From Convolutriloba macropyga (taxonomy: Eukaryota): 64,000 nt of DNA. The notes under the pieces are model-generated. The model saw only the letters and a list, made by a program, of their open reading frames with translations, ran no database searches and had not been told where the DNA came from. The stretch spans positions 70,308,001-70,372,000 of the forward strand of contig NC_134468.1 of assembly GCF_964194025.1 (NCBI RefSeq). The letters run 5' to 3'. Numbering within the stretch: position 1 is the stretch's first letter; every line of letters starts with the position of its first letter. The position numbers and the translations under genes are program-made. Positions 9,931-23,810 of the stretch are shown here, in pieces.

Positions 9931-10646
9931 GTAAGTGTTTGAAAAGTTTTCTCATCAATGAAAGTGGTACTATGTATGTGTGCTACGGCAAACGGCAAAT
10001 GGCTCTGAAAAAGAAGACAATGGACAAACTGGTAATAGCTGCGGTGGACAAGAACAGTGGGAAATTTACACAAAGAGTCTACTCGTTCAACACAAAGCGT
10101 CTGTGGTCGACGTTTTTATCGTATAGAGATACACTGGTATTTCTGAATAAGGAAAATGACGATGTCCGAATGTCAGAGTTTTTAAATGAAGAACTGTCAA
10201 GAGAGTTTCACATTCGAAGGGCGTGCTTCTATTCCTTCCAAATTGTAAACTCAACCTACCTGTTGTACTGGCAGAACGTGTGTCACGATCCTCGTCTGGC
10301 CATACAGAATTTAAATACGTTAACCTTAACACCAAATTTAATTCGTTTAGCTGGACTGGAAGGTACATATAAACTAATATGGATACCCAAGAAAGGTACC
10401 ACAGCTGAAGGATATCTTTTGTTTTCGAGCAGCCTTCGAGACGACAAACCAAAAATTTATGAGATTAACTTGGAATCTGTTCAAGGCGGAGCAGTTGTGC
10501 GACCTCAGGATGTGAGGGTAATGACGAATCACAGATACAAACGGATATATTTTGAATCGCTGATTGGAGATCACTCAGTTCTTTGCAAATTGGTTTTGGA
10601 CAACAACGATACAAAGATTGCTCTATTTAAATTAGAATATTACTGA
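9931..10646 (+). CDS. Exon 2 of uncharacterised beta-strand-rich protein
   Basis: Long open frame after the polypyrimidine acceptor ccttttcctgttcag. Stop at 10646 and AATAAA at ~10702. No family recognised. Confidence 0.7.
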
Positions 10647-11559
10647 TATCCGCTTCGTATTTATTCAATTTTTATCAAAAAATTTCATTCATATAAATCT
10701 AAATAAATTTTCAGCGATCAATTTTTCAGCATTAAAGTCTCACTTTTTTAACACTTTCTCCTGTTTGGTCACTCGAAAAATTGAGATTGACTCACAATTT
10801 TTCTGTTGAATTAAGTGACACACGAGAAAATTGCAGATGACGTGTTGGCCATAGTGATGGCCCTAGTGATTTTCCATGGGATTCACTTCAGATTTCAGGT
10901 AAATTCTTGGATAATTTACAAGAAATTTCACATGCTCAACAGCGAAATTTCTTTTAAAACCCAATGAAAATTCATGTAAATTTACCTGAAAAATTTACCA
11001 AATTCTCATGTAAGACAAACAAACAATTGCTTTTTTTACTTTGCTTTTTCGAAGCCGCGTTTTTGGAGGAAAAACACTTCCTTAGTACATTTTTGAACAT
11101 CTAGGACATACACAATCCTAGGCTCCAGGTCATTCAGGACAAAAATATAATAATTTTTCATTTTCATAATTGGTTACAACTGGCTTCCTTTCACGCATCA
11201 AATCACTTTCTTCATCTGATTGAATAAATTTCAATATTTTCCGTAGGTGTTCTCGGGAAACAGACAACCAAAGGGAGTTAGGGTGAACTTTTTCATTTCA
11301 CCTTGCTATTCTCCGCTTATTCAAATTTTATGTGATGCGTCCTTTATATTTATACTTTGTGTCCCATTACCGCAGGTTAAGAGAGAAAATTACAATAAAT
11401 GCTTTACAACCTCTCGAGAACATGACAGCAAAAAACCGGATATTTTTACGGAGGCGGCTGGTGTGGCAGAGACTTGAGGCGGTTGTTAGTTTTGAGCGTT
11501 TGCCAACACTGTCGCAAGACATTGCAAGGCAAACACCAAATTTGCCAAAAATGCACGCG

Positions 11560-13480
11560 ATGAAACCAAAACTTCAGTTAAAGCCGTCACGAAGCTGGTA
11601 AACAAATTTACAGTGCAATACAAGCAGCGCAAAAAGCGTCGGAACCGAATAAGGGAGTGAAACTGTTCTCGAAGACGTTGGGATTACGAAAGACAAAATG
11701 GAGGACACCAACAAGGTCGTGGTTTTAATGATTGTCATCATTTTCAGATTGCAGAACTTAGTCACAGCCAGGGTTCAACGAGCAGAACGTGTAGACAAGA
11801 AACACACATATTAAGAAATTGCTGAAATTGTTACTCCAACTTGAAACAAGACTCCAAAACCAGAACGGCAACTCCACTTTGGAAAGAAACAACCTGAAAA
11901 ATTGTTATTTCAACAGATTATGCTCTGAAAACACAATTAATTAAATGATTCAAAGAGACAATATTTTTTCCCGGGAAGAGATGCACAAGAATTCAGTGGC
12001 AGTAGTATATAACTATCAAAGTGGTTCACATAAGAGGAACTGGGGAGAAGAGTAAGTTTAAAAGCATACACAATAATTGGGTTGACCGCAAATACCTCAG
12101 AGTTTTCAAAAAAGTGAAAACCGTATTTCTACTTGTGCAGTTACAGCCAGGGCTGCCAGAAGTTAGGTAGAATTATGCAATATCAGCAAACGGAATAATC
12201 GAGCTTGCCGGAAATTGAATTTCTAAAGTATAATAAATGCGTTCTCAGCTTACACAAAGATCAGTTGTATTGTATTAAGTTTAGCTAAATCTGGTTAAGT
12301 AAGTCCGATTTTTTTCAAAAACAAGAATGAGCAACTATATCCAGTGTAAACATGAGACCCAAATGATAATTAAACTGAATGGCGAAAAAGAAGAGGTTCT
12401 AGAAGTGGGAAGGTTAGTAGAAGCAATCAAAGATTTAGCAATCTGTCTTATTTGTAGTCACTAGAATTTTATCTTTGACAAATGATTGGATACTGGTAAA
12501 GGATTTCAAATTACCTGAAGCGCCAACAATTTTGTATAAGTAAACAAAAATGTAGAGCTACACCAAACACAATAAAAAACTATTTATGAAAGGAATCAAT
12601 ACATAAAAAATCAGTAGAAATTGTTTCAAATGGGAAATCATGCAGATGTGGAGGAACTTAGTCAACGCAATCAACAGAAACAGATAGTAGAAGAAGTGTT
12701 CATAAGACATTAACAAGTGTTCTCCCGCAACTCGAAACTCAAAAGACGTTGTGTTTTTGGACAAACTAAAGACCTAGATAAAACCCAAAAAGAGATACGA
12801 AGCCGTTCTGATTCATGTATTGAAGTATGAGATTTGATTTAAAACATGGACACAAATTCTTGATATTCTTGAGATTGCAAAATAGAAGAGAAGAAATCAT
12901 TTTGGAAATTTCAGTCAATTTTGGTTAAAACAAAGAACGGAAGCTACACTAAATTTATGGCCTGTTTGTTGTTGGTACCTTCGCTCGGGACTGTTATTTT
13001 CTCAATACGGATTGAACATCGGTATTTTTGAAAAGGACCTAAACGAGGAGTGGCAATATCAACATATGGTCCTTTGCACTGAGGAAATCTGTAAAACCAT
13101 CTGTAGAACACCGAAAAAATCAAAATTTTTGTCAACAGAAACTGGATGAAGAGCGAGAAATTGAATTTAAGGATAAATTTGACAGCAGCTTCACAGACAT
13201 TGTGGAAACTTTGAAATAATTTTAGAGAATTGCGATTTGAAAAACACCAAATTAAAGGAAACGAAATTGTTGCCGAGAAAAACAAACATCTACCCAAAGA
13301 CTATTTTTGAAAGATTTTTTATCTTTCCCATAATGATTATTGCGGACGCTTTGAAAATTTTGTCCAGGCACGGGATGAACAAACATAACCATAAATGGGC
13401 AAAATCTGGCCAGGAATGCAATCGGAGGAAGCTATAACAGGAAAGCAAATGCACTACCGGACATCTTGGAAAAAAAGAAA
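11560..13480 (+). mobile_element. Heavily decayed CR1/L2-type LINE (ORF1 remnant, APE, start of RT)
   Basis: ETVLEDVGITKDKMEDTNKVV resembles the ORF1 RRxxxxIxGIxE motif. LVKDFKLP resembles APE GDFNLP. KGP, TLWKL and KTIFERF resemble the RT N-terminal motifs. Many stops. Confidence 0.55.
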
Positions 13481-13539
13481 GCGTTTCATGCAAAACACCC
13501 GCGACTTTATGGGTAGTCTTTAAGACTGTTTACTTCCCC

Positions 13540-16140
13540 TGCTCTGCAAAGGTTCCAATCGATAAGTTGAGGTTCGTTGTTCATTTGTGCCTGCCAGATC
13601 CGCGGATGCATATGATTGAAGTCCGCAATAGAGCGAAGCTTATCTTGGTCTTTATGGATGATGATGTCAGAGATGTAGTCCTTTTTCTACTCGCTCAGTT
13701 TTGCTGGTGTGCAATTCTTGACTTTGGAAGCAGAGTAATCAGTTCCTCAATGGTTGAAGAAGCATAGGTGTTTCAAAGTGGCCTCGCGACATCTCTTTTT
13801 CGCTTTTCAATGTTCCCAGATTATCTCTTGGTATTTGTGGTCTTCTTCTTCTAATTTCGAACAAGATGTGTTTGCAAGATGTGTAAATATCTGGTCATTG
13901 AGAATCTTGTTTTCCCATAGGAAGTTTGGTTTGTCTTGTTTTGCATCAACTTAAATGGTTGAGCCTTGGTTTGCAGTAGATTACTATTGTAAGTCTGAAG
14001 ACATGATTCAACCGCTATATCATCAAGCACGTTTCCCTTGCAAAGTCTAGAGACATCTTTCAACCTCTACATCGTTGAGCAAGATAGCCAGGGAAGCTGC
14101 TGGCAATTTGTGTCTAAGGTGGGTGTATCAGCAATTTGGGCAATGTAAATCATGGGCAATTGTGAAAGCCTCTCCTTGTGCATAGGTCGAGGGAATTTTG
14201 CTTTGTCCTCATCCGTATCTCAGCGCAATTCCATTAAAAAAATCAGCTTTGGTTACGTCACGGTTGTACGCCATTAGAGGCAGAGCAATTCACCAGCATG
14301 ACCCTCCTTTTTGATTGGCTATTTCTGTTGCATATGCCTCAAGTTTTGTAGAGTTTTCTCTGACCTACGACTTCTTAGTTTTTGGTGTTTGATCTTTTTA
14401 TTGTCTCATTGTACTGAGTAAACAATTCGATTATTGGCTCGCATCCTGTTGATTTTTTCCTAGAGATTCAGTAACCGTGATGGATCTTTCGTATTCATAG
14501 AACCGATCACTGTCAAGACGCATGTTGAGACCACCTCCGTGAACCGACAGCTGGAAAATCTTTCTGTACTTGCTGCTGTAAAAGAGATGATTAACCCTGG
14601 ATGGTTTTAGCTCTTCTGATAAAATTCGCTGTACTGGTGACTAGTTGCATCGAGTTTGGCGTAATTTTTGTTATGTAGGCCAACTTTTTGATGGACCGCG
14701 TTTGTGAAGCTTTTGTGAAGGCATGACTTTAGATGCTAACTGAGTTTTATTAATTGGTTGTATTATTTTTCTTTTTGTCATAGAAATTCGGATAAAGATT
14801 TAGTGGAACCAATGACCATGACGGAGCCGTGGAATCTATTTTCTTCTGATAACACAACTTAGTCCTGTTTGCATTTTTTGTTGGCTCTTTCTATGAGCCT
14901 TGTTTTTGTAATGAGGTTACACATTATAAAATTGTACTCCCATTTCGGTCATTAGGCGCTGCGTCTGCCAAGAGAACTTTTCAGGGAGTTGACTGAGCTT
15001 GCTGCTGCAAGTCCAATATTGGAATACTTTTTTGGGTGGTGTTATGGTAATGAATTGGCGTGATGAGGAGCAGTATCGCTTCTCAATACCTTGCCACAGT
15101 TAATGGGTTGCCATGAGTGCTGCCGTTTTTAGATTAGGGGTTAAATGGTTTATATATAGGTTTGATGATTTTTGGTTGGAATTAATGAGAGAAGTATTTA
15201 ACAACGGCTATACTTTTTTTTACGTTTTTGAGTGGAAAGCATTAGTTAAGGATTTCAAATTCGTTTTTTGCGTTGATCTGGAGGATTTCTTCTGTATTCT
15301 GAGTATCATTAGCGGCTAATGAAGCAGTGAATGGCGTGTTAAATGCTACTCTCGTGGCCGAGGCACAACTGTAAAATTCCGCAAAGCTGGTTGAGACCTT
15401 GCTTCACTTACTAAATGATGCGTTCTGCTCAGATTCTTGGTAACATTCCTTCTAAACCTACGGATTGAACCTCGGGGCATTTGTTTAAGGGAATGGAGTG
15501 GAATGTATTGAAGGAGTCAAGGAATGATAATTTTTCTGTGGTAATTCTGTTAAATAGTTTTAGGACAATTTTGTACGTCGCTGGACAATGCTTTGAACGA
15601 GGTATGAAGCCGTCGCTATTTCTGAGCATCAGGGTCTGGTGATTCATGGCTTCCACTTGTTCCCTTGGCAAATCTGGGACTAGCTGCTCCATCAAAATTT
15701 TCAAAGAACAAGGAATGATGTGATAATGAGTTAGATTTTGATTAGCCCACATAGAATTATATTTTCATTCATGGAGAGAATGTTTTTTTATTCTCCATTA
15801 AGTCATCTGATGGCGATTGAGATCTTGCCTGAGGCACTTTGTTTATCGATATCCTTATATTCGTTGATTTCCCATTTCGCTTTGCCGTTTTTAGTCAATC
15901 TTGCAGACCATTTGCTTTGGTGAATAGTCCATTTATGTCCCCTGATATCCATTGGTCTTCTCATTGGATCCGTCTCTACCTACTTTGATTAGTGGAAGGA
16001 CCAACTGGTTCATAATGAGTGCGCAGGTTATGGCAGTTTCCCATTTTCAGCATATTCAGCTGATGAACAGATTGTGGCTAGTGTTTCGGTGAAATTGAAT
16101 GCCGTTTTCTATCTGTTGATCAAGAAAAGCGCCGTTGTAC
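13540..16140 (-). mobile_element. Decayed CRE-clade non-LTR retrotransposon (RT + zinc knuckle + restriction-like endonuclease)
   Basis: Minus-strand remnants in order: IPLNKCPEVQSVGLEGMLPRI (IPLDKxPGVRPIGIGEVLRRI), LQLCLGHESSI*HAIH, LQINAKNEF, GSTHGNPLTVARY (GTTQGDPLAMAMY), IFQLSVHGGGL, KGGSCW*IALPL, IALRYG, AFTIAHDLHCP..THLRH, and a C-terminal ISFALLRTSIICIRGS. Confidence 0.85.
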
Positions 16141-16141
16141 A

Positions 16142-18189
16142 ATGTACGACGTCATTTTTATCGTTTTCTAGGTTTTCATTCAAAACGGGGGTAATATTTT
16201 TCCGGAAATCATGGGGCTGGCATTTTTGATGCTCCTTTTTAGGCGATGTGATGCTGCTACTAGCCTGCGTCCTAAATTGAGTTCAATCTGTGCAGTTGTT
16301 GCAAGTGAATTCCGAATGATGTTTGTTTCGGGAAGACAATCCTCTGCTTTTCACGTGCCTTCAAGTTCCACATGAATAGGAGAAGATGCCACCATCATTA
16401 TGGTGGCTTAATTTAATTATTTTGAAAAAAATGGAAGATTGTGATTGCAATTTTTAATTTTTGAGTTGCGGAGATCAATACGTAAAAACGAGCGGGGATT
16501 AGTTAGAAAACCATTTTTAGCGGGGTATTAAAGAACATGAGTTTTATTTTGAGTTTATATTAAATTTCAAACATTTGATTTTTATTTAAAAAATCCAGAA
16601 AGTTATAATCTTTATGCAGAAGTTTTCGGAATTTCCAAATATTTGTTTTTATTACTGATTAACAATTTTTGTCCTCAATCTTATCTGTTGTTATACTTGA
16701 TGTCTTTGAGGTTGACAATGCTTTGTATTGACATGCACCAAAATAATTCTCAAATTTCGAAAGACAGTTTTTGCTATTGAACCAATAGATAAATGTCAAG
16801 TTTTGGTATAGATCAGTTCAACTGTATTTTGTTTTTTAACCCCAAAAATTGCGACGATTATGTCCCAATCGAAATTATCCACAGTACCACAACATTCATT
16901 AAAGTGTTTCCTACTGGAGAATCATCATTAAACAATCTGAATTTCTAGTGGTAACAAGTTGGCTGGTTTGGTCAAAATGCATTTTTTGAGTTGAGGAGGT
17001 CATTACGTAATAAACCGCCGGGGATTAGGTAAAAAAACCTTTCTATTTTAAATTTTAAATTAATTTTATAATTTATTTCAAAATTTTGATTTACATTTGA
17101 AAAATCCAGAAAATTATAATCTTTACGCAGGAGTTTTCGGAATTTCCTAAATTTATTTTTATACCTGATTAAAAAATTTTGTCCTCTACCTAAAAGTCAA
17201 TTCCTGCCCCCTGCATTCACCGGTTGTATTTACTTCCGATGTAAATTTATTGATATAGATCATTTCAATTGCATCTTTTTCAACCTCGGGCCCTGCATCA
17301 TGTTTTTGCCATTCCAATTTATGCACTCTACCACAACATTCCTTGATGTGCTTTCTACTGGAGAATCATTCTTTTAAAAATCTGAAATTCTAGCTGTATC
17401 AAATTGGCTGGTTAGATCATAGGTGGCATTGGAGATACATGGAATTGCATAAATCAGATGGAAATTTTTCATAACACTTACAAAAGCAAAATTTCAAGTT
17501 GGGCAATAAAGACCCTAATAATCTCGTCGACAACATCACAAAATTTTTTCTGTCTGTACAAAAAGTTTTTAGTGATGTATTTTTCTGTACTGAAAAAAAT
17601 CAACTATCGTTGTTTACTCATTTTTGTCAAGACGTTTGTTTGTGTTGTTATGCTGTTTTCGGGATATTTTTCCGTAACTATTTCTTGATATTTTTTCCAT
17701 CCAACGTCTCATTAAAAGTTCTAGATGACCACTCAGTTCGATACCGTTTTTCTGTCCAGGTTAGAAGTTACATCAAAAGTTTTCCCATCACTATTTGCAT
17801 TTAGAATACTTTGTATAGTTCATTTAATCACGAATTGAGTCACAAATGTTGTAACGACGCACAGCTAGGAAAAAACATGAGATGAAATTGAAAACCAAAT
17901 TTGCTTACGGATGGTCTTAAAAGTATCGTCATAGCAGAACATCGGAATCCCGTCAATGGAATGACTTACTTGAGTGAAATGACAATACCTGCTCTTCAGG
18001 TACCTTGGTGTACAGACTTTTAACATAGAGGGTTACTACTTGCTCATCTTCCCCCAAAGTGACAAGTTCTACGGAGGCTAGGGCATCCTCCAATATTAGC
18101 GACTTTTTCTGGAAAAAGGGAGTCAAATGATTATTAAGATTATCTCAACGCGTGTTGGGTATCAACAGAACAGTTTGATGTGGACTGTC

Positions 18190-18235
<46 letters not shown>

Positions 18236-21200
18236 GCAAGTTGCATTTGTTGGGAATCAAGTGTCCTAAGACTCTTATAAACCTTTTCAAATATCTTTTC
18301 TGGTTTTTTAACTGCTGCAAACTGCTATTAATATGTTTTTTACCGACTATTGGCATTTTCCCCGTAGATTGTCATTTTCTTCACTATGGGGCTCAAAATC
18401 AGTGCACTCAGGATGTCATTTTCAACACACAAAAAATATGCCCTTTATGAAACGGTACAATTTGTCGAAAATGCACAATTTTTTAAAACCCCTCTATCAA
18501 TCGGGGTCACCCGCGCATTTTTCGTATTACTGTTTGCTGAAGTTTCTTTTTCCCATAAAATTACAGTCAAGGCAGTTATCTCAGAGTTCATAAACTAATC
18601 TGTTGTCTAAACCCGCCAAAATTTGCACCTTTTTAAATTTGTCTGTGTCCAAATGATTTGCAATTAATGGCAAGATGTCAAAAACTAAATTTGGCAGTTC
18701 AACGCAGCCTAATTTAACATTATTATTCTGAGAATAATTCCAAGAAAGCATGTCCTATTGCCCAGCCTGTTTTGCCAACTTGTCTTTGAGTCTCTCAGCA
18801 ACCAATTTCGAACAGCATCTCATTTCCTTTTGTTCTATGTACGACTTCATTATTATCGTTTTCCAGGTTTTTGTTCAAAATGGGGGACATGTTTTCCCAG
18901 AAATCATAATATTGGCAGTTTTGATGCTTCTCTTTGGGCGATGTGTTGCTGCTACTAGCTTGCGTCCGTGCTTGAGTTTGATTTTTGCAGTTTTTGCATA
19001 TGAAACCCAAATGGTGCTTGTTTCGGGAAGACGTTCTTCTGCATTTCACGTGCCTTCGCTTTTGCAAATGAATAGCAGAAGGTGCCGCCATCCTTAAAAA
19101 GGCTTAATTTTTTAAAATAACGCTATTAACTCTGCATTTTTTGAGCTGCGGAGATCATTACGTAAAAAACCGCCGGGTATTAGTTGAAAGAATATTTTAA
19201 ATTCTAAGCGGGCATTGAACAGCAAACAAAAATTTTATTTTAACTTTACATTTTATTGAAAAATTTTGATTGACAATTGAAAAATCCAGAAAATTATAAT
19301 CTTTACGCAGGAGTTTTCAGAATTTCCGAAATTTATTTTTATACCTGATGAAAAAATTTTGTCCTCTACCTTAAAGTCAATTCCTGCCCCCTTTATTCAC
19401 CGGTTGTATTTACTTCCGGTGTTAATTTATTGATATAGGTCAGTTCAATTACATCTTTTTCAACCTCGGGCCTTGCGTCAAGTTTGCGCCATTCCAATTT
19501 ATGAACTCTACCACAACATTCCTTGATGTACTTTCTACCGGAAAATATTTCTTTTAAAAATCTGAAATTCTAGCTGTATCAAATTGGCTGGTTAGATCAT
19601 AGGTGGCATTGGAGATACATGGAATTGCATAAATCAGATGGAAATTTTTCATAACACTTACAAAAACAAAATTTCAAGTTGGGCAATAAAGTCCCTAATA
19701 ATCTCGTCGACAACATCATAAAATTTTTTCTATCTGTCCAAAAAGTTTTTAGTGATGTATTTTTCTGTACTGAAAAAAACTATCGTCGTTTACTCATTTT
19801 TGTCGAGACATTTTTTTGTTTTGAGATGCTGTTCTCTCGATAATTTTTCCGTAAGTATTTCTTTGGTTGTTTTGCTACCCAACGTCTCATTAAAAATTCA
19901 AGATGACCACTTTGTTGGATAACGGTTTTTTGTTCAGATCTCTTAATTTTCATCAACAGATAGTTCAAAATGTTTCCAATCAAGAGTTGCATTGAGAATA
20001 TTTTGTATAGTTCATTGAATCAAGAATGTTGTAACGACGCACTGCTAGGAAAAAATATGAGATAAAATTTAAGACGAAATTGGCTTACGGATAGTCTTAA
20101 AAGTATCGTCATAGCTGACTTCAGAACTTCGGAATCTCGTCAATGAAATGACTACCTTGAGTGAAATGACAATACCTGCTCCTCAGGTACCTTGGTGTAC
20201 AGACGTTTAACATAGAGGGTTACTACTTGCTGATCTTCCTCAAAATTGATAAGTTCTAAGGCGCATCTGGCATTCTCCAATACTAGCCACAACTTCTGGA
20301 GAAAAGGAGACAAACAATTATTCAGATCTTTAAGATTATCTTAACTCATGTCGGGTATCAACAGAACATTTTGAAGTGGACTGTCGTTTATATATATATA
20401 TAGGCAAGTTGAATAATTTGGGACTCAAGTGTCCTGAAACACTTATAAACCTTTTCAATTATCCTTCCTGGTTTTTTAGTTGCTGCAAACTGCTACTGAT
20501 CTGTTTTATTTCCGACTATTGTCATTTTCCCCAATAGATTGTCATTTTCCTCACAATGGGGCTCAAAATCATAGCACTTAGGACGTCATTCTCAACGCAC
20601 AATATATATGCCCTTTATGAAACGGTACAACTAGTCAAAAATGCATGATATTTCAGAAAACCCCTCTATCAATCGGCGTCACCCGCGCATTTTTCGCACA
20701 AAACTTCGCTGAAGTTTTTTCCCATAACATCACAGTCAGTGCAACTATATCAGAGCTCATAAAACAATCTGTTGTCTAAATCCAGCAAAAGTTGCATCCT
20801 TTCAAAATTGTCTGCAACCTTTATGAAACGGTATAACTAGTCAAATTGCATAAATCAGATGGAAATTTTTCATAACAATTACAAAAGCAAAATTTCAAGT
20901 TGGGCAATAAAGACCCTAATAATCTCGTCGACAACATCACAAAATTTTTTCTGTCTGTACAAAAAGTTTTTAGTGATGTATTTTTCTGTACTGAAAAAAA
21001 ACAACTATCGTTGTTTACTCATTTTTGTCAAGACGTTTGTTTGTGTTGTTATGCTGTTTTCGGGATATTTTTCCGTAACTATTTCTTGATATTTTTTCCA
21101 TCCAACGTCTCATTAAAAGTTCTAGATGACCACTCAGTTCGATACCGTTTTTCTGTCCAGGTTAGAAGTTACATCAAAAGTTTTCCCATCACTATTTGCA

Positions 21201-21590
21201 TTGAGAATACTTTGTATAGTTCATTTAATCACGAATTGAATCACAAATGTTGTAACGACGCACAGCTAGGAAAAAACATGAGATAAAATTGAAAACCAAA
21301 TTTGCTTACGGATGGTCTTAAAAGTATCGTCATAGCAGAACATCGGAATCCCGTAAATGGAATGACTACCTTGAGTGAAATGACAATACCCGCTCTTCAG
21401 GTACCTTGGTGTACAGACTATTAACATAGAGGGTTACTACTTGCTCATCTTCTCCCAAAGTGACAAGTTCTACGGAGGCTAGGGCATCCTCCAATATTAG
21501 CGACATTTTCTGGAAAAAGGGAGTCAAATGATTATAAAGATTATCTCAACGCGTGTTGGGTATCAACAGAACAGTTTGATGTGGACTGTC

Positions 21591-21644
<54 letters not shown>

Positions 21645-23770
21645 GCAAGTTGCATTTGTTGGGACTCAAGTGTCCTAAGACTCTTATAAACCTTTTCAAA
21701 TATCTTTTCTGGTCTTTTTAACTGCTGCAAACTGCTATTGATATGTTTTTTCTCGACTATTGTCATTTTCCCCGTAGATTGTCATTTTCTTCACTATGGG
21801 GCTCAAAATCATTGCACTCAGGATGTCATTTTCAACACACAAAAAATATTCCCTTTATGAAACGGTACAATTTGTCGAAAATGCACAATTTTTTAAAACC
21901 CATCTGTCAGTCGGCGTCACCCGCGCATTTTTTGTGTAACACTTCAATGAAGATTCTATTTCCCATAACATCACAGTCAATGCAGATTTCTGAGAGCTCA
22001 AAATTTAATCTGTTGTCTAAATCTGCAAAGAATAGCGCCATTTTAAATCTGTCTGTAACCAATTGCTTTGCAACTAATGACAAGACGTCAATAACTAATT
22101 TTGGCAGTTCAACGCAGCCTAATTTAACATTATCATTCTGAGAATAATTCCAAGAAAGCATGTCCTATTGCCCAGCTAGTTTTGCCAATTTGTCTTTGAG
22201 TCTCTCAGCAACCAATTTCGAACAGCATCTCATTTCCTTTTGTTCTATGTACGACTTCATTCTTATTGTTTTCCAGGTTTTCGTTCAAAACGGGGGACAT
22301 GTTTTCCCAGAAATCATAGGATTGGCAATTTTGATGCTTCTCTTTAGGCGATGTGTTGCTGCTACTGGCTTGCGTCCGTGCTTGAGTTTGATTTTTGCAG
22401 TTTTTGCATATGAATCCCAAATGGTGCTTGTTTCGGGAAGACGTTCTTCTGCATTTCACGTGCCTTCGCTTTTGCAAATGAATAGCAGAAGATGCCGCCA
22501 TCTTTAAAGAGGCTTAATTTTTTAAAATAACGCTACTAACCCTGCATTTTTAGAGCTGCGGAGATCATTACGTAAAAAACCGCCGGGTATTAGGTAAAAA
22601 AATATTTTAAATTCTAAGCGGGCATTGAACAGCAAACAAAAATTTTGTTTTAACTTTACATTTTATTGAAAAATTTTGATTGACAATTGAAAAATCAAGA
22701 AAATTATAATCTTTACGCAGGAGTTTTCGGAATTTCCGAAATTTATTTTTATACCTGATGAAAAAATTTTGTCCTCTACCTTAAAGTCAATTCCTGCCCC
22801 CTTTATTCACCGGTTGTATTTACTTCCGGTGTTAATTTATTGATATAGGTCAGTTCAATTACATCTTTTTCAACCTCGGGCCTTGCGTCAAGTTTGCGCC
22901 ATTCCAATTTATGAACTCTACCACAACATTCCTTGATGTACTTTCTACCGGAAAATATTTCTTTTAAAAATCTGAATTTCTAGCTGTATCAAATTGGCTG
23001 GTTAGATCATAGGTGGCTTTGGAGATACATGCAATTGCAAAAATCAGATGGAACCTTTTTAATAACACTTACCAAAACAAAATTTCAAGTTGGGCAATGA
23101 AGTCCCTAATAATCTCGTCGACAACATCATAAATTTATGTCCAAAAATCTTTTAGTGATGTATTTTTCTGTACTGAAAAAAAAACTATCGGTGTTTACTC
23201 ATTTTTTTTGTTTTGAGATGCTGTTCTCTCGATAATTTTTCCGTAATTATTTCTTTGGTTGTTTTTTCTACCCAACGTCTCATTAAAAATTCTAGATGAC
23301 CACTTAGTTGGATAACGGTTTTTTGTTCAGATCTCTTAATTTTCATCAACAGATAGTTCAAAATGTTTCCAATCAAGAGTTGCATTGAGAATATTTTGTA
23401 TAGTTCATTGAATCAAGAATGTTGTAACGACGCACAGCTAGGAAAAATATGAGATAAAATTTAAGACCAAATTTGCTTACGGATAGTCTTAAAAGTATCG
23501 TCATAGCTGACTTCAGAACATCGGAAACTCGTCAATGAAACGACTACCTTGAGTGAAATGACAATACCTGCTCTTCAGGTACCTTGGTGTACGGACGTTT
23601 AACATAGAGGGTTCCTACTTGCTCATCTTCCTCAAAAGTGATAAGTTCTACGGAGGCTAGGGCATCCTCCAATATAAGCGACATTTTCTGGAAAAAGAGA
23701 GTCAAATGATTATTAAGATTATCTCAACGCGTGCTGGGTATCAACAGAACAGTTTGATGTTGACTGTTGT

Positions 23771-23810
<40 letters not shown>

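Noticed and set aside
15429-15752. LSFLDSFNTF resembling a Polinton protein-primed DNA polymerase motif
   Set aside because: Flanking motifs (IPLxKxP, QLCxG, GxTxGxPL, GGL, LRYG, HLRH) identify a CRE-type RT. No PolB motifs follow.
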